The position numbers and the translations under genes are program-made. A DNA stretch of 64,000 nt, from contig NIVC01001693.1 in NCBI GenBank assembly GCA_002269645.1, positions 62,001-126,000 of the forward strand, written 5' to 3'. The notes under the pieces were generated by a model. That model saw only the letters and a list, made by a program, of their open reading frames with translations, was not told the origin of the DNA and searched no databases. Position 1 is the stretch's first letter; every line of letters starts with the position of its first letter. This DNA is from Macrostomum lignano (lineage: Eukaryota). Shown here piece by piece: positions 34,921 to 64,000 of the stretch.

Positions 34921-35152
34921 AGAATCCGCATAGCAACTAAAGCAATCCGCATAGCAACTAGAGCCCTAGAATCCGCATAGCAACTGAGCAATTCGCATAG
35001 CAACTGAGCAATACGCATAGCAACTAGAGCCCTAGAATCCGCAAAGCAACTAGAGCAATACGCAAGCAACTAGAGCCCTAGAATCCGCATAGCAACTGGA
35101 GCCTTAGAATCCGCATAGCAGCTAGAGCCCTATAATCCGCATAGCAACTAGA
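34921..35152. repeat. ~26-bp degenerate minisatellite (AGAATCCGCATAGCAACTAGAGCCCT) after the NUP54 stop
   Basis: Direct observation. Confidence 0.88.
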
Positions 35153-35908
35153 GGCCATAGTAACAAAGATATTAAGGAAAGTTTAAAGTACTAAAATACC
35201 TGTACAGAAATTGAACATTGATTCTTGCGTTGTATGGTTGTTTTTGCTTTCTCGGGCTAACAATTTCCGTCATATTATGTGTTCCCTGCGTGGGTTGCGT
35301 GGAATTCGATTCAATAGTCACACTGGGAGCATATTGTTGCGCAAATATATATTTTTAACTGTCGTTTCATTGCCGATTCGCTTAGTGAATAATCATCAAA
35401 ACAAATATAAGTTTATACTTACACAGTGCAACAAACATGAAACCAGCCTTCGGTCAGTGCATTTTGAGTTCTACCAAAAATTCAAAAAACTAGTTTTTCG
35501 CTTAGAATATTCAGTGCTAGTTTTTTTATTTCGTAAAATTTAGCTTGATAAAAAATGTCTATCATACTACTAATCGAAGAATGCAAAGCGCGTTTAACTC
35601 AATGAACTAAATACTTGCATTATAAGGACATGTAAATTTGCTTATGTTATTCTGTCATTGCTGTTTATGGCTTGATATTTTATATTTGATGTTATTATAT
35701 GTAAACTTAAAGTTTGGCGCAAATTGAAGAAAAAACTATAAAAGTTACATGTATTACACAACATATCGGCATACTAAAATTATGCAGCAAGTATTGTATT
35801 TTAGCGAAATAAAAGCCTGCTGCAGCTACTGTGAAGAGAAAAAAAATTGTTCCCCGTGCAATGCTCAGCGTTTAATTAGGATTTAAACATTTTTGAAAAA
35901 ATAAATCT

Positions 35909-35990
35909 CGACGAGGATGGGATTCGAACCCACGCGGGGAAACCCCAATGGATTAGCAGTCCATCGCCATAACCACTCGGCCACCTCGTC
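35909..35990 (-). tRNA. tRNA-Ser (anticodon GCT), 82 nt
   Basis: Reverse complement is GACGAGGTGGCCGAGTGGTTATGGCGATGGACTGCTAATCCATTGGGGTTTCCCCGCGTGGGTTCGAATCCCATCCTCGTCG: full cloverleaf, long variable arm, A and B boxes, downstream T-run terminator. Confidence 0.96.
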
Positions 35991-36379
35991 TGCTAGTTGA
36001 AGGCTCTAAACGCTTATTTTAAACGCATTTTTGTTTAAAAAAAATGTGCAGCTGTGCAAGCAGTGAAAAATTACTTAATACTTTTTAGTTCCGTTTAAAA
36101 TACATACAATTAGACGGGGTATAACGTATACGTAAGTTTACCACAAATTTTGTGCATTGCACTTGTAAAGTCAGGATCCACTACATGTATAGACTTCAAT
36201 TCAAGTTGAACGATTTGATTGCGTATGCTTATAGAAGTTGAGCTCATTCAAGCACTTTGACTTAGTTTTAATAACTGTTACTAACCAACCAAATGGGAAA
36301 CTACGCCTGGGGTCAAATGACAAAATTAAAGCAGACGGATGGCAGATAGAAAAGGTATACAGTTGAATAGATACCAGAG

Positions 36380-37930
36380 AAAGTAGATAAATCACACAGA
36401 AAGTAGACAGATCCCAGAGGGTAGATACATACCACAGAAGGTAGAGAGATCTCACAGGATGTAAATCTGTAGATCTGTAGATCTGTAGACCTTCTGTAGA
36501 TCTCTCAGAAGGTACATAGAGCTCACAGGAGGTAGATAGATCTCTCAGGAGGTAGATAGATCTCTCAGGAGGTAGATAGATCTCAAAGAAGGTACATAGA
36601 TCTCACAGAAGGTAGATAGATCTCAAAGGAGTTAGATAGATCTCACATAAAGTAGATAGATCTCACAGGAGGTAGATAGATCTCACAGGAGTCAGATAGA
36701 ACTCACAGGAGTCAGATAGATCTCACAGGAGGTAGATAGATCTCACATAAAGTAGATAGATCTCACAGGAGGTAGATAGATCTCACAGGAGGTAGATAGA
36801 TCTCACAGGAGTCAGATAGATCTCACAGGAGGTAGATAGATCTCACAGGAGTCAGATAGAACTCACATGAGGTAGATAGATCCCTACAGGAGGTAGATAG
36901 ATCTCACAGAAAGTAGATAGATCTCACAGGAGGTAGATAGATCTCACAGGAGGTAGATAGATCTCACAGGAGTCAGATAGATCTTACAGGAGGTAGATAG
37001 ATCTCACATAAAGTAGATAGATCTCACAGGAGGTAGATAGATCTCATATAAAGTAGATAGATCTCACAGGAGGTAGATAGATCTCACAGGAGGTAGAAAG
37101 ATCTCATATAAAGTAGATAGATCTCACAGGAGGTAGATAGATCTCACAAGAGGTAGATAGATCTCACAGGAGGTAGATAGATCTCACAGGAGGTAGATAG
37201 ATCTCACAGGAGTCAGATAGATCTCACAGGAGGTAGATAGATCTCACAGGAGGTAGATAGATCTCACAGGAGGTAGATAGATCTCACAGGAGGTAGATAG
37301 ATCTCACAGGAGGTAGATAGATCTCACAGGAGGTAGATAGATCTCACAGGATTCATATAGATCTCACAGGAGGTAGATAGATCTCACAGAAGGTAGATAG
37401 ATCTCACAGGAGGTAGATAGATCTCACAGGAGTCAGATAGATCTCACAGGAGGTAGATAGATCTCACATAAAGTAGATAGATCTCACAGGAGGTAGATAG
37501 ATCTCATATAAAGTAGATAGATCTCACAGGAGGTAGATAGATCTCACAGGAGGTAGAAAGATCTCATATAAAGTAGATAGATCTCACAGGAGGTAGATAG
37601 ATCTCACAAGAGGTAGATAGATCTCACAGGAGGTAGATAGATCTCACAGGAGGTAGATAGATCTCACAGGAGTCAGATAGATCTCACAGGAGGTAGATAG
37701 ATCTCACAGGAGGTAGATAGATCTCACAGGAGGTAGATAGATCTCACAGGAGGTAGATAGATCTCACAGGAGGTAGATAGATCTCACAGGAGGTAGATAG
37801 ATCTCACAGGATTCATATAGATCTCACAGGAGGTAGATAGATCTCACAGGAGGTAGATAGATCTCACAGGAGGTAGATAGATCTCACAGGAGGTAGATAG
37901 ATCTCACAGAAGGTAGATAGATCCCACAGA
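36380..37930. repeat. 20-bp minisatellite (GATAGATCTCACAGGAGGTA) with a 460-bp higher-order duplication
   Basis: Direct observation; variant order repeats at a 460-bp offset. Confidence 0.96.
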
Positions 37931-38617
37931 TGTTAAACAAACAGAAGGACATTATGGAAGGCAGAAGGATGCAAATAATTAAATTGTAAGGGAGACAATG
38001 AGGTTTTGGATCAATAAACGTGTCAGTAAATAAGAAATACAAGCAACAATATGGATACAGATTTATATATTTCCGTACAAATCCTGAACACTTGGTCAGA
38101 TAAGGTAATCAAGGATTCAACAAAAGTAGAGCACACTGAATTTAAACGGGGCAGGACAATATAAGAAGCTCAAAAACAGTAAACGTCGCGCTTGAGAAAT
38201 TTACACTAAACAACACTAAGATTGAAAAACCAACAAAATCGCTGACACATTCGCATATGTGCAAAGCAAATATATAATCGGCTCCCTACAGTATATCGAC
38301 GTGAAAATAGAACAAATTTGCAATATGCATGCAAGCTACTGGCACTAAGTAGGCTGTAGCGGAAATGGCGACTAAAAATTAGGAATAATAAGAAACTCTG
38401 AGAGACAAGCCGCTGCCTAAGCTCGATTAACTTGGGAGGTGAGGGATACAAAAAATAAGCGGAGAGGCAGCTTTTAGGGCTGAACTTCGATGCTCGGATG
38501 GTATTGAAAACAGAAACAAAAATATGGGATACGGCTGGCCGAATCTTCCTGAAAATTGTATGGAGGAAATACATGCAGGTTTTTCAGATATGATAGTTTG
38601 TGGAAGAGCAGTCTGAA

Positions 38618-39575
38618 CTGAGGATTTGGGAGGCTGGCCCAGCAACTGAGGAGCTGGGGAGGCTGGCCCAGCAACTGAGGAGCTGGGGAGGCTGGTCCAG
38701 CAACTGAGGATCTGGGAGGCTGGCCCAGCAACTGAGGATCTGGGAGGCTGGCCCAGCAACTGAGGATCTGGGAGGCTGGTCCAGCAACTGAGGATCTGGG
38801 AGACTGGCCCAGCAACTGAGGAGCTGGGGAGGCTGGCCCAGCAACTGAGGATCTGGGAGACTGGCCCAGCAACTGAGGAGCTGGGAGGCTGGTCCAGCAA
38901 CTGAGGATCTGGGAGGCTGGTCCAGCAACTGAGGATCTGGGAGACTGGCCCAGCAACTGAGGAGCTGGGGAGGCTGGCCCAGCAACTGAGGATCTGGGAG
39001 GCTGGCCCAGCAACTGAGGATCTGGGAGACTGGCCCAGCAACTGAGGATCTGGGAGGCTGGCCCAGCAACTGAGGATCTGGGAGACTGGCCCAGCAACTG
39101 AGGAGCTGGGAGGCTGGCCCAGCAACTGAGGATCTGGGAGACTGGCCCAGCAACTGAGGAGCTGGGAGGCTGGCCCAGCAACTGAGGATCTGGGAGGCTG
39201 GTCCAGCAACTGAGGATCTGGGAGACTGGCCCAGCAACTGAGGAGCTGGGGAGGCTGGTCCAGCAACTGAGGATCTGGGAGGCTGGCCCAGCAACTGAGG
39301 ATCTGGGAGGCTGGCCCAGCAACTGAGGAGCTGGGAGGCTGGCTCAGCAACTGAGGATCTGGGAGGCTGGCCCAGCAACTGAGGATCTGGGAGGCTGGCC
39401 CAGCAACTGAGGAGCTGGGAGGCTGGCTCAGCAACTGAGGATCTGGGAGGCTCGCCCAGCAACTGAGGATCTGGGAGGCTGGCTCAGCAACTGAGGATCT
39501 GGGAGGCTGGTCCAGCAACTGAGGATCTGGGAGGGTTGTCTTAGCAACTGGGAGGCTGGCCCAGCAACTAAGGAT
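38618..39575. repeat. 28/29-bp minisatellite (CTGGGAGGCTGGCCCAGCAACTGAGGAT)
   Basis: Direct observation. Confidence 0.96.
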
Positions 39576-40046
39576 ATTTAAGGTGAGTATCGAGTCCAAG
39601 AAAGCGGGGATAAGGATGGTTGAAAGTAGCAAGCAACATGACTAAAAGTTTTCAAATTAGTACAACAAGCACAGTTAAAGTGAATGCGAATCAAATGAAT
39701 AAATTTCTATAAAATAGGCAGGCAATCAAGAAGGCGAATTCAATGAAAGCTAATAAAAATACGCATATATATATATAGATAATGGCCGATGGGTCAACGC
39801 AGATTTGACATCATACCAGAGACAGATTAAGCGCACGCAAAAAATGCAACATTACAATATAAACGAGATCATATATTATACATGTAGTCTGAGTTTTTTG
39901 AGCCACGGAAAGCAGGTAGAGCTGGGCGACACAGGGAAGGTTAAAAACTGGCATCTTATAGCTTTGTCCACATGTAGACTCTGCTCTGGGAACAGATTCA
40001 ATATATAATAGGCGATATGCGATTTTCGGGTCAGTGCAGTGTGGAG

Positions 40047-40425
40047 GCGATTTCCTGGGAGAATTGGGGGCGATTTCCTGGGAGAATTGGGGGCGATTTC
40101 CTGGGAGAATTGGAGACGATATCCTGGGAGAATTGGAGACGATACCTGGGAGAATTGGGGGCGATATCCTGGGAGAATTGGAGGCGATTTCCTGGGAGAA
40201 TTGGGGGCGATTTCCTGGGGAGAATTGGGGGCGATTTCCTGGGAGAATTGGGGGCGATTTCCTGGGAATGGGAGAAATGGGGGAAATTTTCCAGGAAAAT
40301 TTGAGGCGATTTTCTGGGAGAATTTGAGGCGATTTCCTAGGAGAATTGGGGGCGTTTTTTGGGAGAATTGGAGGCTATTTTCCAGGAGAACTGGGAGGCG
40401 ATTCCCGAGGTGGCCTAGTGGCGAT
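40047..40425. repeat. 23-bp minisatellite (GGGAGAATTGGGGGCGATTTCCT)
   Basis: Direct observation. Confidence 0.94.
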
Positions 40426-40575
40426 TCCAGGGATGCAGCAAAGTAATTACTAAAAGCAGTTTATCAAGTTTAAGTTTACACAAAATTTGGTTCGCAGCCT
40501 ACAAGCGATCACTTAACAATCGGCAATAGATCCGGTTATTATTGAGCTACAAAAATGTATGACAGGTCATAATAG

Positions 40576-56941
<16,366 letters not shown>

Positions 56942-59499
56942 GTCTGACTGTACTTGAATTAGATTTACAGTCAAATCAATGTGTTAATTGGCAGCAACAT
57001 ATATAAATAAATATTATCCAATTTTACTTAATCATAATTCAACATATATGTAGGTCTTTAATAAGCAAATCATGTATCTTGAAATTTGAAACATCTTTCA
57101 ATAGTATTTTGTTTATTGTTACTTGGTGGGTAAAACCATTATACAAACTACTTGAACACAATTTCAAAGAAATCATCATAAATCTTCAAAAGTAACAAAA
57201 TCAAAATATAAATTCTATATCTCAATTTAGTTATAAGTTAATCATAATTTATCATAATTTATTATAATTTAGTTATCAAGTACTGGAGGACTGGACTTAT
57301 CAAAAATTAACTTCTATTACCCAAGCTTAGCATTCTAAAAAAAGAACTAGAAAAATTTGCCACTTTAAAAAAGTAACTTCTGGTACTAAAAGTGCCAGAT
57401 ATGCCAGAACTTTGGCCAACACTGAAGATTGGTGCATATATGCAGTGTCTAGAACATTTTTTTCGACTATATAAATAAAAAGGGAATTATAAATATACAC
57501 TTTATTGGCTTACTAACAAGTCAATATTCTAGGTTTAGGCCTAAGTTTCTTTCTATATACGAGGACCACATTAATGATAGCGGGGCTTGTAACAATATTA
57601 TGAAGCTAGGACACTTATATATTAGGAAGAGATGAGAGAGGCGGCATTTGGGTGCAGCGACCATAAATGTACTAGAATATTGATACTATATTTGTATGCT
57701 TTAGCTAGTTTTGGTTAACAACAATAAGCCTTATAATAAGGCTTTGTATCTCCCTTATCTAGTAGGCCTATGCTTAGTTTTGCTAGCTGATTAGTTAAGC
57801 TAAATGTCTTTCCTTTTCTTTATTCTTTGCAACCCTTCTCTTCTATGCACCTACTTTATAAAAAAAGGTGCTAAACAATTTTGCAACAAATAAATCAAGC
57901 AAAAAAATTCACCATTGACAAATTTGGCAATAATCTAGTCAAATTTGGTGACAATGAAAACATAACAATAGTATATAGGCCCTAATCTTATTGATTATTT
58001 TAATACAATCATATTAAGGCCCTAGTAAATACATATAGGCTTTTTTTAAATTATACTTGTTTTATCAAATCTTTATCCTATGCTTTTCAAATGTGCTTTC
58101 TAAGAAATTTGTTTATATTATACAAATGTATAATTGTCTAGTTTATTTTCATCAAATACATTTTTTCTATTAAAGGTCATAAAGGCTCTAGTATAAAAAT
58201 CATTAAATGGGTAAACTGATTAGTCATATAAGTAGAGTATAATATACTTTGATTATAATACGTGGCAAAGGACTATTGAATTGACAATCAGATAAGATAG
58301 TAGGCACTTGACTTGTCATTTTGCCTTAGTAAAAATATTTAAAGAAAACTACATTTAACTATATCTAATAAATATAAAAGATTTATTATCAAAGTTGTGT
58401 AGATTGCTACCAATTGTTGCTAAAAAAGAATTGCACAAAAACACTGCTTGCTTAGCAGTACAACTAGAATAAAATACCTTCCTGCTAATAGAGAGATAGG
58501 CACCTATAGTTTAGAAGGCAACATATATGCTAGGATTTCCTAGTATACAATAAGGGTCTTACCATTTTTTAGAATATATCTTAGTGTACATGACACAGCA
58601 GATACATTGTGTAAAATGACAATTTTTTATATTGTCACATAAACTCGGCATACAAACAAGGTCTCATCATTTTTTCTAGAATAAAACCTGGTGTTCACTA
58701 ATACATAGGCCCTAATCCAAACTATAGATAGGCACCCATCCAACTAACACAAGAAATATACACACACAGCAAGGGGGCATACAGAATAAGCACACTTGGG
58801 CACTGAAGCTGGTTTTCTCAGGGCAAGCCTAATACAAAATGCAGCATATATATAAAAATTAAATTTTAAATATATTCACATTTTATTAATTTGAAAAGCT
58901 TAATATTAGTTTTTACATTGTAATAAAAAATTTATAATTTTTTAGCTTTTTATTTTATAATTATATTACATATTATTTATTATTATTTTAGCTTCCTAAT
59001 GATTGTTTAACCTTGTTTACTAAAAAACATTAGGCCCTAACCTAAGCCAAGGCTAATGTTGATTCCAAAATTACTTTTTTTTATAAAAAAATTCTAAAGT
59101 ATCAAAACATATTCATAAATGATGTTAGGGCAAGCCCTTTTCGAGCATTTTTATTTGTCAACATAAATTTTATATTTAGTATAAATAGTGTAGTGCAATT
59201 TTAATATTTTTAAATCTCTTAATTGGTTGACTGTTTTTAAGTTTTCATAACAATTATTCTTTTAGAAAATAGACCTCCAGATTTATTTTCTAATTTAGAA
59301 AATATTCTAATTTTCTAATATCTTCTAGTCTTCTAATATTCTTTTTTTCTAGAAAATTTAGAAAACATCTGGACCGAATCACATAAAATATTGCTAGCTT
59401 GGACTTGAAATGATAAGGAAAAAACTAGTAAGAAGTCCATATCTAAGTTTATTTTAAATAAATGATTAATAACATGTTGAGAGGGCTGCTGGCCTGCTG

Positions 59500-60060
59500 G
59501 TGACTGCTGAGTACGGCATGATCGGATCGCATCATTATCTTAGAAAAAGATGATAAAATTCGTATATTTTTAAATTATCGCTAAAGGCTAGCGCGCTGCG
59601 TTTTCGGAGAACTCAGAAAGGGTTTTTAAAAAACTCAAATTTTTTTGCGTCGGCAAGACTTCGCATCGAAATACGTTTGCCCTCCAGAGGCTAATTCGAA
59701 AAAATATAGTAAGCCGAACTCTTGCAAAACACCTATGATTATGGTTATATTTTGACACTGTCGACTTAGTTGACAAAGGGGGTTTAGGCGATGCCGCAAA
59801 TACGGTGACAGTGTAGACCTTTACCCCATGATTCACGAGAAAATTATGAACAGCGTAGTAATATCGATTTCCGTACCATGTGTTCATTACATATGCAGAA
59901 GATTTCTTTATCACCAGAGTTCCAGAGATGTACACTGTTGCCTTGAGGGTGGGCTGGCCTAAATTAATGTGGAGTGTGCACGGATCGGCGGATCTACCGT
60001 TAATCGACGATCAGCAGCGCATTCGAGGCGCCCGACTGGTTTGACTTATTTTTTTATTTC
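59500..60060. promoter_or_regulatory. CpG-retaining region upstream of PTEN, candidate promoter or 5' exon
   Basis: CpG frequency rises abruptly at ~59500 after a CpG-poor 2.5-kb block. Function inferred. Confidence 0.35.
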
Positions 60061-61666
60061 AGAAGAGAGTAGATGAAAATATCTTACCATTTAACAGCTT
60101 TCTTTGCCCGCATAGCAAAATTACATATCCAATAGAAAGTGGGACGTCTCCGATACGTAACTTTTTTGGTTGCAGGAATGTCCCTGATACGTATCCAATT
60201 TTTATGATCCTCTAAAGAAGCTCGTTTCTACAAAAATGGTGCAGTGAACAGATAATGCTTCCATTATTATTTATTCCATCTACTACTTTGCATATGTCAT
60301 CGTTGACAAAAACCGGCCTTCAAAACAGTCCCCAATGGTATTGTAAATGTATATTACGTACATTCGATACTTTTCCTACAATCGGTCCCCATAAGTATCA
60401 AAAGATCATGTATTAAAAAATCAAAAATCAAGTTTTAGTTTTCACTTATATTGATCAAGTACAATCAAGAACAACTTAAGTCGTCATTTAATTGGTACAA
60501 AATAAAGTATCCCACATCAACGCGCGCCAATCTCCCTTTTTGATTCTGATGCTGACGTACAAAATCGAAATTATTATATTCATATATTGTCCTTAGCTCT
60601 TCATGATATATAATTTTGACCCGCTCTCCATGCAACTAGCCCTAAAATTTTTATCAGAGTCGCCCCTGACCCACAAATTAATTGGAGTCGTTCTTTAACT
60701 CTCGATATGAGATTCGCACAAAACTACAAGCTCAATTGTGCGTCTTTCTTCATAAATGGATAGCAGATGGCTGTATCAACTACTTCAAGTAGTAGATCAA
60801 GAACGTACACAACTTAATTTAGATTCTAGATTCTCATTCTCATTCTAGATTCTCATTCTAGATTCTTAACGTAGATTCATTCTCAGATACTCAGATATTC
60901 AGATACTGCGATACTGCGGGGAGACCACCAGATACTCGATATTCAGATACTCAGATATTCTGATTAGATACTCACAGATACTCAACCACTGATTGTGGTC
61001 TAAAAAAAGGAAGATTAACTTTCAACTTTCAAAAATCAATTTATTGTACAAGTTCTGAAACAGCTGGGCCATCTTTAGGTAGGCTAATGTTTAGCCAATA
61101 CAGTGCGCCTTCTGTCAAGTCATTTGTTTTGTACAAAAACCTGAAGCGAAATGGACAATTTTCTACAGTGCAGCTTGCGCATGATAATAGAATTGAGTTG
61201 GTTGGGCATAGAGACGGAGAACGATCGTATCTTAGCTCAGACGAGCTGCAGAGGTGCCCACGGAGAGCATCGGAGAGAGAGCAGCGGGAAAAATCCAACA
61301 AAACATAACAGAGTTCGTAGACAACGATTTAGCAAAAAATAATCACTAAGAAGTTATGCATAAATTTGATTCGATCAAACAAATTTGGAGACAGTGAATA
61401 ATATTATATTTGAAAATCGAGACTTGAGTTCCGCAATTAAGCTTGCTTCAAACAATCTAAAAAATATGATCTAGATTGCCATCTCAGTCTACTTGTCAGT
61501 AGGCATTTTAAAAGAAGGTTGGTGAATTTTTACACAATTATGGAATTTTCCTATGTATGCGGGCGTTCGAATTTTGACTGCCTGATATTAACACCGGAAA
61601 TACTCCGTTTCTAAGAAAATCTAGCAGGTCTTCGCACCTCTGCATCCATAGCGAGTCCTCGGTGCC

Positions 61667-63007
61667 TCAGTGCATCGGCTGGCCGCCCAGCTTCGCTCCC
61701 GGCTGGAAGGCCAGAAACGCCGCCGCTGCGGCAGCCGCTTGAACAGCCGCCGATGCTGACGTTGGCGGCTGCGGCTGCGGCTGCGGCGGCAAAGCTGGCG
61801 CTGGCTGCGGCAGCGGTGGCGCACCAGCCGAAGCCGCAGCGGCTGAGGCGGTAGCGGCGACAGCGGCTGCAGCGGCGAAGTCGTTCATCGCAGCCTGGGC
61901 GAAGGTCAGCGCGTCCATCGGCTGGTGCTGCTGCTGCCCGGCTAGGGGAAACTTTGAGCAGCTGCCGATGGAGCTGCCGCGTAGGCGGGCGTTCTGATCG
62001 AGCAGCAGCTCATTGGCTGCCAGCAGATCGCCGCACTGCCTTCGCAGTTCGTCTAGCCGGCGCCGCAGGACGGCGTTCTCTTCGGCCAGAGCGCGCAGCT
62101 CGCAGCGGCCGCTCCAGTCGAGGCTGCCGACGAGGCCGCCACAGCTGCCGCCGGAGGGCAGGAAGCCGAAAGCGGCGGCTGCTGCAGCTGCCGCGGCCGC
62201 TGCGGCATTCGAAGTCGATACGGAAACTGTTGAGGATGATGCCGTTGTCGATGCTGAAAATGACATGGTCGCGTTCTGCGCCTGCGTCGGCAGTGTCGGC
62301 AGTGTCGGCAGTGTCGGCAGTGTCGGCAGTGTCGGCAGTGTCGGCAGTGTCGGCAGTGTTGTTGCAGGCTCTGGAATTTCCAGTCGGCGCCGTTTTGGCA
62401 GTTGAAACGTTGTCAAGTCGTCCAGAGCAGCTGGTGGTGGTGCCTGAGTCAGTGGCTGCTGCGACGGCTGCGATGGAGGCTGCGGAGGCTGCGGCGTCGA
62501 CGCCGGCTGCTCGACGTGTCGGAATCGGCACTTGGCCCCGCGTACGCAGGCGCCCTTCAGAAAGTCCTTGCAGACGGGCGGTTGATCGGAAGCTGCATCT
62601 GCAAATGCGGCGCTCGCCGCGGCCAAGTCGGCCTGTAGTTGCTGCTGTTCTTGCTGCTCCTGCTGCTCCTGCAAGAGGCAGGCGGGCAGAACGCCCGTGC
62701 TTCTGTAGGCGGCCTCCTCCTCGCGGCTGCAGTGGACGAATCGGCAGGCCGGCCGCTGGCAGCCGCCGTTCTGGTAGTCGTGGCAGAAGACGGGCTCGGC
62801 GGAGCGGGCCAGACGCGCGCACTCCTCGGGCTCAGGGTGCCGGTAGCGGCACCGACGGCCCCGCTTGCACACGTGGCGGAGGAAGTCGCGACAGACTGCC
62901 GCGACCGCTGCCGCTGCGGCTCCTCCGTCTGGCGAGCCCGCGGTGCCCAGGCCGCTATCGCCGGAGTCGCTTTTGGCGCCGGAGTCGGCACAGCAGGGGT
63001 GGTTCAT
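61667..63007 (-). CDS. ZC3H10: Zinc finger CCCH domain-containing protein 10 homolog (446 aa, single coding exon; likely ATG 63007 rather than the ORF-track start 63145)
   Basis: Three CCCH fingers (VCRDFLRHVCKRGRRCRYRH, FCHDYQNGGCQRPACRFVH, VCKDFLKGACVRGAKCRFRH), the EEEAAYRSTGVLP linker and the coiled coil LAEENAVLRRRLDELRRQCGDLLAANELLLDQNARLR. Confidence 0.92.
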   Translation of the reverse strand: MNHPCCADSGAKSDSGDSGLGTAGSPDGGAAAAAVAAVCRDFLRHVCKRGRRCRYRHPEPEECARLARSAEPVFCHDYQNGGCQRPACRFVHCSREEEAAYRSTGVLPACLLQEQQEQQEQQQLQADLAAASAAFADAASDQPPVCKDFLKGACVRGAKCRFRHVEQPASTPQPPQPPSQPSQQPLTQAPPPAALDDLTTFQLPKRRRLEIPEPATTLPTLPTLPTLPTLPTLPTLPTLPTQAQNATMSFSASTTASSSTVSVSTSNAAAAAAAAAAAAFGFLPSGGSCGGLVGSLDWSGRCELRALAEENAVLRRRLDELRRQCGDLLAANELLLDQNARLRGSSIGSCSKFPLAGQQQHQPMDALTFAQAAMNDFAAAAAVAATASAAAASAGAPPLPQPAPALPPQPQPQPPTSASAAVQAAAAAAAFLAFQPGAKLGGQPMH

Positions 63008-63256
63008 ACCGATGTGGCTCGCGTACGGAAAAAAACTGGAACGGAAAACAGGGGCCGCTCCCGAGTCAGTAAAGCCAAGCCAGGGGCAGAAATGTTTCTG
63101 GATTAACAAAACGCCGCTTGCCGAATAACTATTAGTGCAGATCAATAAATATTTCTTGTCTAGTTGGCTAAGCAGAAGTCTGAAACTTGCTCTTAATTAG
63201 GGAGGCTCTTTGAGTCCAATTATTCATTTGGGAAATGCACATTGTGTTCAGTTTTC

Positions 63257-63860
63257 TCCAGCTGGCAATCCTTCTAACCTCCAGCTGGCAATCCTTCTAA
63301 CCTGCAGCTGGCAATCCTTCTAACCTCCAGCTGGCAATCCTTCTAACCTCCAGCTGGCAATGCTTCTAACCTCCAGCTGGCAATCCTTCTAACCTCCAGC
63401 TGGCAATCCTTCTAACCTCCAGCTGGTAATCATTCTAACCTCCAGCTGGCAATCCTTCAAACCTCCAGCTGGTAATCATTCTAACCTCCAGCTGGCAATC
63501 CTTCTAACCTCCAGCTGGTAATCATTCTAACCTCCAGCTGGTAATCATTCTAACCTCCAGCTGGTAATCATTCTAACCTCCAGCTGGTAATCATTCTAAC
63601 CTCCAGCTGGTAATCATTCTAACCTCCAGCTGGTAATCATTCTAACCTCCAGCTGGCAATCCTTCTAACCTCCAGCTGGCAATCATTCTAACCTCCAGCT
63701 GACAAACCTACAAAACTCCAGCCGGCAAACCTTCTAATCTCCAGCTGGCAAACCTCCGAACCTCCAGCTGGCAAACCTCCGAACCTCCAGCTGGCAAACC
63801 TCCGAACCTCCAGCTGGCAAACCTCCGAACCTACAGCTGGCAAACCGCCAAACCTCCAGC
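63257..63860. repeat. 23-bp minisatellite (CTCCAGCTGGCAATCCTTCTAAC) upstream of ZC3H10
   Basis: Direct observation. Confidence 0.96.
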
Positions 63861-64000
63861 TGTATTCCACAATCAGTAATCTTTTTCTTTGAAAAAGACG
63901 GTTAATAAATTGCAGCCAAAAGAAGTTATCAATGGCATGCGCCAATTCTTTTCTGAAATTCTGTTTCGTCTTCTGCCACTGCTACAGCGGTAGCAGACCT

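Noticed and set aside
20710-35990. Functional linkage of seryl-tRNA synthetase and the tRNA-Ser gene
   Set aside because: The enzyme is the mitochondrial type, the tRNA is a cytosolic Pol III gene 13 kb away on the other strand; coincidence is sufficient.
61954-63072. 372-aa ORF antisense to ZC3H10 (and similar shadows over NUP54 and the Rieske gene)
   Set aside because: Expected by-product of GC-rich coding sequence; Arg/Ala-rich with no domain.

Overview
Eukaryotic (animal) nuclear DNA with GC-rich exons, GT-AG introns and a tRNA gene. No prokaryotic features and no CRISPR array. The style (compact housekeeping genes, roughly one third of the window in minisatellites, Ala/Gln-rich proteins, an apparent leader-supplied AUG) resembles a Macrostomum-type flatworm; that assignment is inference only. 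Gene content left to right: an unidentified multi-exon gene (-, runs off the left edge); a 4.57-kb hAT transposon with intact TIRs and TSD and a transposase broken by two stops; a co-oriented + strand cluster of TSR2, mitochondrial seryl-tRNA synthetase, MED6, a Rieske (RFESD-like) protein with a long repeat-bearing N-terminus, and NUP54; tRNA-Ser(GCT) (-); a six-exon PTEN (-); ZC3H10 (-). Almost every intron or spacer carries its own minisatellite. Several MITEs, two deleted mariners, a tRNA-derived SINE and a 1.5-kb foldback element are present. Main observations: (1) strongly directional CpA/TpG->TpA plus CpG erosion of older repeats in AT-rich upstream domains, resembling fungal RIP; (2) TSR2 has no genomic ATG but is in frame with a trans-spliced AUG; (3) a Rieske protein with an unrecognised repeated YQPL/PYAG motif; (4) three-level transposon nesting with an empty-site control in the same window. 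All exon models and alignments were done by hand and need confirmation.
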